In this document: one piece after another, positions 44,183-55,168 of the stretch
Numbering within the stretch: position 1 is the first letter of the stretch
Layout: every line of letters starts with the position of its first letter
Assembly (NCBI GenBank): GCA_048013815.1
Contig: CM106586.1
Coordinates: 10,044,001 to 10,107,718 of the forward strand
Reading direction: 5' to 3'
Length of the DNA: 63,718 nt
Source: Setoptus koraiensis
Taxonomy: Eukaryota > Animalia > Arthropoda
Program-made: the position numbers and the translations under genes
Notes under the pieces: model-generated
What the model was told of the DNA's origin: nothing
Databases searched by the model: none
Seen by the model: only the letters and a program-made list of their open reading frames with translations

Positions 44183-46220
44183 AGAGCAAGTGGCCAGAAT
44201 GGCGAAAGCGAGCTCGCGAGACACGGCGAGCGCTTTGTGTGTGCCCACTTCCTTGTGTCAGATATCTGGCTTATCAGAATTGGTCCACTTATTGTTGTCA
44301 TACTGAGCCGCCGCATTTGTTACTCGCCAGCTAACGAGCGCTCTCACGATGCGGCGCTGACGACGGCGCTGATAACGGCCCGCCGGCCACCTTGCCAGCG
44401 CCGCCATCATTGAGATGCTAATTATGAGAACTAAGCGACGCGCTGACACGATCATAATGGCAATTAAATGTTGCGGCATTATATCAAATCCGGAGGGGGC
44501 TTAATGAGAATCGGCTACAATGCGCCTGTCCGTTCTCTTTGTTTCTCGGCTGTCCAATGCATGTCGGTCCCACGCCGGCCCATGCCCGCATCTCTCGGTC
44601 GACCAGCAGCCAGCAGCCACCAGCGGCCACCGGCAGTCCGGCCGGCATCGCATAACCGCAAATTACATCATATTAGGTCGTAGCACATCGTAGCGTCACT
44701 CACAGACTGTGAGTCACAGTGCAGGGTCTCTGAATGTGAGACTCTCAGATGGACAGATCGCATCGCGGGACGGGGTTAGCGGCGTGCGACAGCGTCGCGC
44801 TCTTGTTGCGTTGTTGGTGCGTTAGATAACAATATTGTTTGTTGTACTCGCTGTTGTGCTCTCTCTGTCCGGCCGACCGGACAGGGAGAGCGCAGACAGC
44901 AGAGAGACGGGCTAGCGGACCGGAGGGCCGGCCGATGAGGCGGGCTGATCTTGAATATTGCGCAACGCTGGCCAGACGGCAGCATTTTGCCGTTCGTCAG
45001 TGTGCCCGCAACGCGAACTGGCCAATGCGAGCCGGCAGACGAGCCAGCCCGACAGTAACTGTCCGCTCGCAGGCCACTTCTGGTCGGCGCTGGCCGCTGG
45101 TCGGCGCTGGCCGTTAGTGGGCTTCGGCCCGCTGTCAGCCCACACTCTTGTGGCCGGCTAAACGGCGTTGTGACTAAACGGAAAGCTCTTGTCGCCCAAT
45201 TACTCTCACTTCTACATTGTGTATTGTCTCGCTGATGATGCAAACGCACTAACGTATTGCGTAATACGTGAGCGTGGCGAATGGTTTGTTGAATGCAAAG
45301 TAACGTTAAATGCTGAAAGTTAAATGTTGGACGTTAAATGTGCGCTGAAGCCGATGCCAGCACAACAATGACATGTCAAGAAATATCGCATCCTGCCGCA
45401 TGGAATCGTATCGAATCGCATCACACACTCTTACACTGTGTAAGTTGCACACTCTGGCACACTCTGACACTCTATGACACTCTATGACACTCTATGACAC
45501 TGTCACCGGTCGGTGTGTGTTCGGTGTTCGGTGTTCGTATTCCAACAGTGTGTGTGTCGCTGACGCAACACACACCTGTTATGATATGGAAGAGAAATCA
45601 TGCGCTAACACACCGACTGACTGACTCACAAACTGGTCTGCACTATAGCGAGTCGATGATATCAACTATAGGTCACGCGAACGCTCGGCTTCCTTGATCG
45701 GCTGTTGGGACATTGCCGCTGCAACTGCCGGCTCACACACAGTTATCATTTATGTTGATACAAACACTTGCCAATCGGTCTGGTGCGCCGTTCACAATGT
45801 GCCTAGCTAGACACACAAAAACAATAACAACCGACTCACTGTCATTCGAAATCAATTTGCTCGTCCTCTTCCTCTTGCTCCTCATCACTGCCACTCACCT
45901 ATGCTACAGTATCACCGTAGCAGTATGTTACCTGAGACTGTTGCGCAACTGGCGTTGTTTGTCGCCGCCCTAACGGTGCGCACCGTTATGCATCTAAACA
46001 CTAAACTAAATTGCCGCCACCGTGATACACTGGCGTCGGTCACGACGATGCTCGCTTGACACATTTGCATGTATTTAGCGCGGCCACTCGAGCACTGTTG
46101 TTTATACGTTGAGCCATGACAGTACAAACAAATCACTCATTTGTTTATATTGTCTCAATGGTCACCGCGGCTCTATTACTCGCAAGCTGCCAGTCACCGG
46201 TGCCCGTCGCACTCTGGTCA

Positions 46221-46320
46221 CCACACTGTGATCACCACACTGTGATCGCCACACTGTGATCGCCACACTGTGATCACCACACTGTGATCGCCACACTGTG
46301 ATCGCCACACTGTGATCGCC
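46221..46320. repeat. 14-bp minisatellite x7 flanked by a 10-bp direct repeat
   Basis: CCACACTGTGATCR units; ACTCTGGTCA at 46211-46220 and 46323-46332. Confidence 0.95.
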
Positions 46321-48955
46321 AGACTCTGGTCATCGCAGTGCGATGGTCGCACCGCGATGGTCAGAGATTAAATGAAAGCAGCACCACAAACACATGACAT
46401 AACAACAACAATATGTGGCCAATGGGCATTTGTTTCTCATTCAACTGTTCCAACAAACAAACGAGAGCGTGTGTGAGCCAGTTGGTTTGTTGCTGGCGCA
46501 GTGATGCTGCCCAAGTCAGACACTCAACTAAACTTAGCGGCACCGACAACCGACCAGCGCGCCATGCCTCAACTGAACAAAACATTATTTGGAATAATTG
46601 CAAAACCAGATTGATGCTCATGCCAAACTGACTTATGTAATCAATGACACTGGCACTCACTTTATTACAACAAAGACGAGTTTCTTCTGTCGAGTTTCGC
46701 ATCGCATCTTCTTCTCGACTCAAGATTCTCGAGGCTGCGCTGTAGACATGTGTGCTGAGGCATCGCTTTGCGGCCCAGAAAAAACGCCAGCCAGCGAGCC
46801 AGCCAAACAGCCAGCCAGCCAGCCAGCCAGCCGGCCGGCAAGACAGACAAGCAAGCAATCGTGATGACGTAATCATCTATTGTGATGATTAAGAGCACAC
46901 TAACACAAGAGGCGGCCAGCAACCAACGACACTGACAACAATGAGGAATCACGATAGTAAATCAATACGTTACATGCATAACAATAAATTGTTCACTTTC
47001 ATTGTTGTTGATCGTTGTTCTCGTCGTCGCATTTCGTACGCACCGTCGCCCTAAGATATAACTAACCAAACATACATAACCAGACACATATAACCAAACA
47101 TATACAAGCGAGTGCATACAACTAAGCGCTCATTAGAGACACTCGAACAGGCCGAGTAACGGACCCATTTTGTCTCATTTTGTTGGTATTAAAGCGCAAT
47201 TTGTTCCCTTGTCTCGCTTAATTTCTACAGGTGAGTTTTTTTCTCTCGCTCTCTCTCTCTCTCTCTCTCTGCCTGGCAGTGTTGTGAATGGATCATGATG
47301 ATACATACAGCGCAATCAGTAAAAATAGGTGCTCCTCGTAGTTAGCATGACTAAATGAAAACCATGACTATTGATGACTGGCCAGCTCACTATGGCGCTG
47401 CACAGATGCGACTAGTCGTATCGCGTTTATACTGACATGATAGAGAGGAATCTCTCTCTCTGTCTCGTTGGATCGGATAGGACCGATCCGACGAGCCGTG
47501 CATGTATGTTTGCAGGGTCTGGGCCTGGGCTTGCAAAATAGTCGATAAACAACAACAACAAACAAATTCAAAGATTCTGTTAGTGACGCAACAAGGCAAC
47601 TTTATTTACTATTTATTTATAGATAAAACGATGACAAGTGCGCTCACAGTATTACAGTACGACGACCAACACGACCACTGACAACACAACTAATGTGAGC
47701 TATGGACCTAACAAATGGTTGTTACAGACGCTGTTGCCACTTGCTGCAGAGTAAGCAGCAGAATGGGCAAAATGGCTGGGCAAGCAGAATGGGCAGAATA
47801 GACCTTATAAAATAAATAACAACAGCAACCTGTGGAGTTGTTGGTCAGCACACAACTGGCACAACTTCCCATTCAAATGTGACCAGACCACTCACACAGA
47901 CACTGTACACATACTCAACTGCCATGAAGATGCACATCAAGATCATGATTGTTACAATCGTAATCAAACCGCGCCGATAGCTTGCCCATCGAGTGACCAG
48001 TGGTCATTCACGACAGCTAGATGAGTGTGTGTGTGTGTTGCCTATCGAACTTACATTGGATATAGACATAAAATAGCCGTGCATGTATTCAGATACGATC
48101 CACGATCACATTTAAATGTTGGCTTTTCATTAGCTGTATATTTCAGATTGAAGTTGCTCTCGCTCATCCGCACACTCTACGTCCCCATCTTTTATTATTT
48201 TTCATGATACTATTAATCATTGATATGACAGACAACATTTTCTCGCATATCCAATGCTTAATTTGGCCCCGAATTTTGCTCAATATTTGTCAATCAAATA
48301 TATAGCCGTCATCGAGAGGCTTATCAAAAGTGCACACCATCAATGTCCAGTTAGTAGCTTTGTCTTGATAGCTTGGCACATAAAATGTCACTTTGAATAT
48401 ATTAAATATCCGTGTGCAAATGAGATGTCACCCACTTTTGAAAGAGACGTCTTTGCGACACAAAAGTGATTCCCACTCTTTCGTCATCGGTATCGCCACG
48501 TCCGGAACAATAAGCTGATTGGAAAATATACCACCCTGCTCTGTGTGTCACAACTGGCTCCCCCTTTCTCGGGCCACAGTTCGGCTTTTAGGGGACCCAT
48601 CGCCGTGTAGCAAAAATGTTCCTCAAGATCATGAGATCCCCTTCGGCCCAATGAGTTAAATGAAACTTATGACATGGCTGTGTATATTTTATGTGAGTTG
48701 TTTGTTAATATTGACAGCAAATCATCACAATGACATGAACTCGGCACATTGCCATTGTTGTCATCTCGTAACAATGATGTAAATCTTTATTTATTACCGC
48801 TATTCTCTATTCGATTATTAACAGCGATGACACCGAACGATAAACGCATCGCTCAGCTTGATAGTTGATAGATTTTAGTTTATTGGTATCATCGTAAGCG
48901 GGCTGCTGCCAAAATATCGCCGGCCAATATGTAACCAATGGATACCTGTGTTCAT

Positions 48956-51900
48956 TTATTCACTGCAACCATTGTGAGCACAACAAAACATATCATGCAT
49001 TGTCATGTAATGTGCCACTGAATCAGGTGTGTTGGTCCAATCCATTTCGCCATTGAAATATTTTGTCCAATAAGTGAGCGTTGAATCTTGCCATATTTCA
49101 TCATCTAATTGTGATCTGATGCTAGTCACTAGATCCAATTGTATTAGATTGCACAAATTTAACTGTTGTATTTGTAAGTGTTTATAACCCGAATCGGCGA
49201 CAGTTATAATATTTGTTAGTATGGGCAATAGTTCCACTTTGTCATTGGCTACACAATCAAACAATGTCGCCGATAGTTTGTCATACAAGTTTGTCTCAAA
49301 TCTCATCAATCTCTTGGCGTTCATATTCAATATATATTTTGAATAAGCCGTAACCAATTGATCGCTTGAGAACTGTAACACAGACGATTGATTTGTCCAA
49401 CCGCGGATGGCATCTTTCATCAGACTCATGGCATTCATACTCTTGAATCCTTTTTCATCCTCATTGTATGGCAAACAACCAACCTTTTGTTTGACCCTAA
49501 GGCATCCATCATCATCCCACAGACACTTCTCTAGTGTCGACCAATTCTTGTTCCTGTCGAATTCAACTCGCCAATAGCGATCATCATCGACGCACACACT
49601 AACTATTGAATCCAGTTCAGGCAATAAACATGGTGCCTTGACTCGCTTTGTGACAGTGGTGGTTACGGTGTTGTTGGGGTCATTTAATACTAGTGTCAGA
49701 TACACATAGACGGCCTGATCAGTTTGAATGTGGCGTGGTATCAACAAACGCGGTTCCGCTGCCAATACATACAAGTGTCTGAATGCCTGCAAATGGTACC
49801 TGTTGTCTGTACTATGGGTGGGAAATTTCGGAAAGAAGGCACAAACTAATGCGGCTATGGCAGACGGTGATGTATTTAGTGAATAACGGCAACCACCTAG
49901 AAATAGTAGACCCAATGACATATGCACGGCCATGTGAGAGCCGTAAAACACACAGCTCAATGATACTCGTGATCGCAAATATCTACATACGCGCAATACA
50001 TCCAAATTGCCAGTGCCGGCCATTATCAATGACAACGACAACACTAGAACGTTTAGACATGTCTCGATAGTTGAACGACCGGCCTGCTCTGATAGGCTAT
50101 TCTTCTCGCTCATTGCTATGAACATTGATGTGTATTTGTAAACCGTTTTGTAAGCGTCCCTGTTAGCAGATCCCGCAAATTTTAAGCCCATTGCCATACA
50201 ATTGCCGGCAACAATGTTGCAATAAGCCTGGCTCATAGTTTCAAAATCAATTGTTTGACTAACTGAATTTGATGAGCGCTGAAATGCATTGTCCAAGACA
50301 ATTTTTGGAATATGCGACTCAATCCAAGATCTATTGGGCATTATATCACTCCACATAATTAAACCATAACTTATCATGCGCAATATCAACAAGTCTGGCC
50401 TAATTGATTCTAATAGATATTGGGTGTCTGGGGCAAGCATCCATTGAGCAACTGAACGATTGTTTGAGCGATGATACATCAAACCTAAGGCTAGTGTCGC
50501 ACCCGGACTGGTAACATCGGTGTTTATGAAATCTCCTTCGCGCATCTGACAGCTTGGAGTTTTGTAGCGTTCGCGCTGAGCAATACTCATAGGTTTCTTT
50601 CTTCCACCGAGCATGTAATGACGTAATTGATCAGCCGACATTATATCATTGCCAATGCTGCTGCTGCCACGGCATAGATTAACTAAACCAAAAGCCAGTC
50701 CGGCAGTCAGAGCATAGCTCTCTCTGTCAACGTGATTGTCTGTCTCTGGTCCAGGAGGTCTCTCGATTTCGTCTAGTAAAACCTTGGACAAATGACAATC
50801 TCCTGATTTCTCATACAGAAGTCCTACACCAAGTAATGAAGCGACCTGTACAGATGGCGGAACATCAAGCTCAGTAGATGTTGGTGGTAATAGTGCATCC
50901 ACGTGAATACTGAGCACTTTGATCATATTATTGTCTCGTGAGCCTCTTTTTGCTGCTGACAAACCCAAAAGAATGGCAACTTTAGTTAAAAAGTAATCGT
51001 TACTCAAACAGAGATAATCGTGTATAGTCATTAGTGACAATTTAGCTAGGTGACCATTCAGACCTAATGCAAATAAAAATCCTGCATGCTCATTCTGGGT
51101 GTTGCTCAATGCGGATTCACGATCCCTAGGATCCTGGCCATTCATACTACTTTTGGGCCGGTTATAATTGATCCATGTCGAGTCTATGACATTATTCGAT
51201 ATGGAGGCACATATGGTCAAACCGGCAGCGACCCCATTGTGGAAATAAGGCCATTGACACAGGGCAGGATCTTGGGTGGGTCCATCTATAGTTCTTTCTC
51301 CAGGCGGGGTGCGACCACTAAGGCATAACTTGGGCACATTGAACGATTCTCCTATAACTGGTGAGTATGTTCGCATAGTCAGCATGCCTCTACCAACTGG
51401 CAACGCCATGGTTCTTATATTTAGCGTGTACAAATAACGCTGTTGCTCCTCTCTTATCTCATCCTCATTAGATCCTTGACGGGGCGGCAATGATATGATC
51501 ACTGGCGAACTTGAAGACAGCATTCTTTGCGCCTCTGAAACTCGCTCGTCATCTGGAAAGAGCAAGCGTATAACTTCATCATTGAAAATATTGGATTTCT
51601 TGCTTTTCAATTTGTCATTTGTGCGATTTCCTAGACTATTCGACGACTTGTTAGCATCAGTTACTGGTTCTGCATCATTATCATTGTTGGAATTGAACAT
51701 GGTGCTTGCAGACTGGTATTTTCTCGTAAGTGAAACTAAGTCTTGGCGCCCAATCAGGGAGAAACAGGATTCGGGCCAATCAACAGGTGGTGAGATTCGG
51801 CATTTGAAGATACAATTCCATAAAATTAAAGCTATTCCATCTGGCAGATCAAGAATATATTCGCGATTCACTCCATATTTGTCCATGAGAGCAACAACTC

Positions 51901-54742
51901 TTTCGTTAGTAGTTTTTGCGGTCAAAGTGAGATCACATTTGCAATCTGAAGACTGGGTTAGATAACTGTTGCCAATATTACGGAGAGCCTGATCATTACT
52001 TGATTTAATTTCTCCTTTCTGCATCACGTAGAATAAACTAACTATTATTCTCGTATCGTTTGTCACTTTGGGTATGTGGGGAAAAGGATCAACATCCGCT
52101 ACAGAACTATCCTGCTGCCTTCTCAGGCAATGGGCAATATGATCATAGACACTGGGTGGGTTTTTAGTAAAAAAGTTAGGTTGAGCGATCAGATGCAAAT
52201 GATTCGAGTATAGGGTTGCAAGTTTGTCTCGATAAGGACCAACTCGAAGTCTGAGATTTGGAAATGATCTCCAATAATGTTCTTGATATTTAGGTAGATC
52301 TAGAATGCACGCTATCACGATAAGGAGATCCGACATTTGTTCGGCCCAGACCCAGGTTGATTTGCAGAGCTTGAAGTCTTCAAATACTAGATGAAATGTG
52401 TAGAACAATGATCTCAGATTAATGAATAGCTGGTTATTTCGAAAATTGCTCTCGGATGTGGCAAGCAAGAATATTTTGCTATCCGTTGTGATTAGTTTTG
52501 CTGAAGTAGGTATAGTTGAAGGAGACGAGGTTAGTGGAAAGGAACACTTTGAATTGGATAAAGCACGGGTCTCTGGGCGCATTCTTTTAGGAGAAGATAC
52601 ATCCGGAACAGGTTGTTGAGCTATCCGCTTGATACTTTTGTCTGGTTTCGGTGAAGAACTGCTCTTGGACATATTTAAGCTGTCTGTATTTAGCTGAATG
52701 TTGTTGAGGAACCATCTCTTGAAAAGGTCTAACTCTTGATCAGCAGTTATGTTCAAATTCGCAGCCGTATTTCTAGTTGTGTACCATTTTGTAAAAAGGT
52801 CCATGACCAAATCCTTGGAACCTACATTCCTAACAGAATCCAACAACTTATCTACTGCGGACGAGGTAGAAATGTTTGGTATTTCGAATCTTACAAGATC
52901 TTTGGGACCCGGACTCATCATAACAGATTGACCAATAATTGATTTGATTGACATAAACTTCAGTGTGGTCTCGGAATCAGCATCCATGTTAGTAGATGGT
53001 GTCGTAGCTGACTGTGAGCTACTAGAAGAGAAATTTCTAGTCAATTTACTACCCAGAACAGGTGATATAGTTTGATTGATGTCGAAAAACTTATCTTCAA
53101 AACTTCGCATCGAGTTGTTTCCTACAAGGCTTGATCGTTTTTGAATTGATGATAAAACAGAGGCAGGTGAAAGATGGGTTGAGAATGCCCAAGGTGTTTG
53201 AAATGTTAGGGGACGGAAATTTGTAGGAACTTGAGAACTCTGAGGTACTAAAACATTTGCGATCTTTGTTGTTCCACTGTAGAGCGCCACAGAATGGTCC
53301 ATTTGGATTACGATGATCATTTTGAGTTGATTCGAAGGCTTGGAATCAAATACTTTCAATGGGAGGGGTACGGTGGGACCAAACACCAACTTTTGACCAT
53401 CATTTGTGTTGTCAAACTTAACAAGTTTGACCCTCTTGTCTGACTGCCAGGCGAAATAGTTTTGTCCTACAAAATCGGTCGTGAGATAAAAAGACCTGCT
53501 TATCACATTACTATTACTTGATGATTCTGACCATATTTGCTCTAAAATGATCTCCGGTAAAATTGGTTCGCCTATATCATCCCTTAGATAGTCGATAATG
53601 CGACTTCTATTGGGTGTCGACATAAATTTCAGAGTTGAGGGTGAGTCGCTGAATATTTCACTATGCATACTCCTCATGGATGTGCTAGCAGCCATGGGCG
53701 ACATGTAAGCGGATTGGTGATTGAATGATGCGCTGCTTGATGAAATGTTTTGTTCTGTTGTGGAACAACTAGGCCGCAAATGATAGTAATTATCTACAGC
53801 ATCAATCTCGTCGTTTGTTGTTGGTCTGATGGACCACAAACTGTGAGATTTTTCGCTCGTGTTGTACATCAAACAAACTAGGGACTCCTCATGACAACTG
53901 ATAAGTTTGAACCTGTTGTGTGGTGCACAATATTGGAGAAATTTGCTTTCTTGTTGAGGCATCTTGGATGTAGATATTTTCATCAAAATAGGCGAGACCT
54001 CCAACAGTGGATGCATTAATGAGAATAATATGGGTAAAGTAGAGCTCACTTTATCACACGTGGCTCTCTCTATTATGAGGCCCAACTTGATGGGGTAAAC
54101 TTGAGCAACTGCGAATGGCAGAGGCAATTGAAAGTGATCTCCGTTCTTGTTGAAAATATTCAAATTTGTTGAATCAACTAAACAGACATAATCATCGGAT
54201 GTCCTGTCCGGTTGTTTATTTTTTGCCAATTGATTGTAGGCAGAGGCAGCAATTTGGCTTGTGTTAGCTAGATTGTTCAACTTTGACGTCGCAAGTTCAT
54301 TATTCATTATAGACGGGTGATCTTTAGGGACTATTTTACGACTCGAACCAGAGGACTCTCTTGAGGAATCAGGGTCAGATTGAAAACGACACCAAAACGC
54401 CTTTGTGACAGGTTTATCCAACGTGAATGTTTTGATGACTCTGGTCAGATTTCTGCCGTTACCAACGGTCCAAAATACCATATTATCTTTGACATAGAGC
54501 TCCTCTTCGCCTGCCTCAGTCTTCCTAGTTTCCCAAATCTCGTTCGTAGACGCTTCCTGTTGACCATAGTTTCTTTTGCTTGTGCCGGGCAATCTAAAGA
54601 ACTCACTGGATGCTGCGGTCTCACAAGATGATAACATAGTGGATAACATAAGATTATCGTCGTGTCCATCGTCGGTGCAATGGTGATCGAGCAACGACGT
54701 CGCGTAAGGAACGCAAGACAGCAAATGTCCCGAGGCAATCAT
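48956..54742 (-). CDS. ANAPC1: Anaphase-promoting complex subunit 1, single 1928-codon ORF
   Basis: N-terminus MIASGHLLSCVPY; PC-repeat motifs HAGFLFALGLNGHL, AGLAFGLVNLCRG, SPGATLALGLMY; MPVGRGM-like MALPVGRGML; NRYHLQAFRHLYVLAAEPR. Confidence 0.95.
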   Translation of the reverse strand: MIASGHLLSCVPYATSLLDHHCTDDGHDDNLMLSTMLSSCETAASSEFFRLPGTSKRNYGQQEASTNEIWETRKTEAGEEELYVKDNMVFWTVGNGRNLTRVIKTFTLDKPVTKAFWCRFQSDPDSSRESSGSSRKIVPKDHPSIMNNELATSKLNNLANTSQIAASAYNQLAKNKQPDRTSDDYVCLVDSTNLNIFNKNGDHFQLPLPFAVAQVYPIKLGLIIERATCDKVSSTLPILFSLMHPLLEVSPILMKISTSKMPQQESKFLQYCAPHNRFKLISCHEESLVCLMYNTSEKSHSLWSIRPTTNDEIDAVDNYYHLRPSCSTTEQNISSSSASFNHQSAYMSPMAASTSMRSMHSEIFSDSPSTLKFMSTPNRSRIIDYLRDDIGEPILPEIILEQIWSESSSNSNVISRSFYLTTDFVGQNYFAWQSDKRVKLVKFDNTNDGQKLVFGPTVPLPLKVFDSKPSNQLKMIIVIQMDHSVALYSGTTKIANVLVPQSSQVPTNFRPLTFQTPWAFSTHLSPASVLSSIQKRSSLVGNNSMRSFEDKFFDINQTISPVLGSKLTRNFSSSSSQSATTPSTNMDADSETTLKFMSIKSIIGQSVMMSPGPKDLVRFEIPNISTSSAVDKLLDSVRNVGSKDLVMDLFTKWYTTRNTAANLNITADQELDLFKRWFLNNIQLNTDSLNMSKSSSSPKPDKSIKRIAQQPVPDVSSPKRMRPETRALSNSKCSFPLTSSPSTIPTSAKLITTDSKIFLLATSESNFRNNQLFINLRSLFYTFHLVFEDFKLCKSTWVWAEQMSDLLIVIACILDLPKYQEHYWRSFPNLRLRVGPYRDKLATLYSNHLHLIAQPNFFTKNPPSVYDHIAHCLRRQQDSSVADVDPFPHIPKVTNDTRIIVSLFYVMQKGEIKSSNDQALRNIGNSYLTQSSDCKCDLTLTAKTTNERVVALMDKYGVNREYILDLPDGIALILWNCIFKCRISPPVDWPESCFSLIGRQDLVSLTRKYQSASTMFNSNNDNDAEPVTDANKSSNSLGNRTNDKLKSKKSNIFNDEVIRLLFPDDERVSEAQRMLSSSSPVIISLPPRQGSNEDEIREEQQRYLYTLNIRTMALPVGRGMLTMRTYSPVIGESFNVPKLCLSGRTPPGERTIDGPTQDPALCQWPYFHNGVAAGLTICASISNNVIDSTWINYNRPKSSMNGQDPRDRESALSNTQNEHAGFLFALGLNGHLAKLSLMTIHDYLCLSNDYFLTKVAILLGLSAAKRGSRDNNMIKVLSIHVDALLPPTSTELDVPPSVQVASLLGVGLLYEKSGDCHLSKVLLDEIERPPGPETDNHVDRESYALTAGLAFGLVNLCRGSSSIGNDIMSADQLRHYMLGGRKKPMSIAQRERYKTPSCQMREGDFINTDVTSPGATLALGLMYHRSNNRSVAQWMLAPDTQYLLESIRPDLLILRMISYGLIMWSDIMPNRSWIESHIPKIVLDNAFQRSSNSVSQTIDFETMSQAYCNIVAGNCMAMGLKFAGSANRDAYKTVYKYTSMFIAMSEKNSLSEQAGRSTIETCLNVLVLSLSLIMAGTGNLDVLRVCRYLRSRVSLSCVFYGSHMAVHMSLGLLFLGGCRYSLNTSPSAIAALVCAFFPKFPTHSTDNRYHLQAFRHLYVLAAEPRLLIPRHIQTDQAVYVYLTLVLNDPNNTVTTTVTKRVKAPCLLPELDSIVSVCVDDDRYWRVEFDRNKNWSTLEKCLWDDDGCLRVKQKVGCLPYNEDEKGFKSMNAMSLMKDAIRGWTNQSSVLQFSSDQLVTAYSKYILNMNAKRLMRFETNLYDKLSATLFDCVANDKVELLPILTNIITVADSGYKHLQIQQLNLCNLIQLDLVTSIRSQLDDEIWQDSTLTYWTKYFNGEMDWTNTPDSVAHYMTMHDMFCCAHNGCSE

Positions 54743-55168
54743 TGCGTTTGCTTATGGAGCCAATCGAAATATAATATAAATAGGTATTAGTAGTAATAAT
54801 GATATAGTTTCTTCTTAATAATTATAACATTTATTAGAGCAACATGTTACACGTACTGGCCCACTCCACATGATAATAATATTTTCTTCACATAAAACAT
54901 GTGGCCAGTAGCTGCGAATGCGCCAAAATGTCGCACGCTCAATGTTTATGCCGCCTGCCGCCAGGTGTGAGACCGAACGATACAGCAGAGACATCAAAAT
55001 ATATTTCCAATTTATTGCTTATTATTATTATTGAATGTTAATTATCAATGATGTAATACTGTTGAGCAACGAACATATGTTTGTTTGTGACTATGCTGTT
55101 TCTGTTTTCATTCATTGCATACAAAGACAAATTCTTAATTAATTACATTAATACTGATAGATTGCAAA

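Noticed and set aside
46221-46320. CRISPR-like appearance of this and other short arrays
   Set aside because: The units are contiguous with no unique spacers, no cas genes are present, and the DNA is eukaryotic.
7241-47599. The many 60-260 aa ORFs in the intronic domain
   Set aside because: Explained by microsatellites and tandem repeats (poly-L/C/V/Q, repeated peptides) and by stop-poor GC-rich sequence; many use non-ATG starts.
47993-48006. TGACC-n3-GGTCA as a nuclear-receptor element (also near 29066)
   Set aside because: Half-sites are incomplete and everted; more simply another AGT-centred palindrome.
7153-48250. Conserved arthropod miRNAs, rRNA, snRNA or transposase/RT ORFs
   Set aside because: None recognised by eye; a database search is needed to exclude them.
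48250-48950. Possible extra APC1 exon or small gene
   Set aside because: All frames are interrupted by stops and no motif is recognised.
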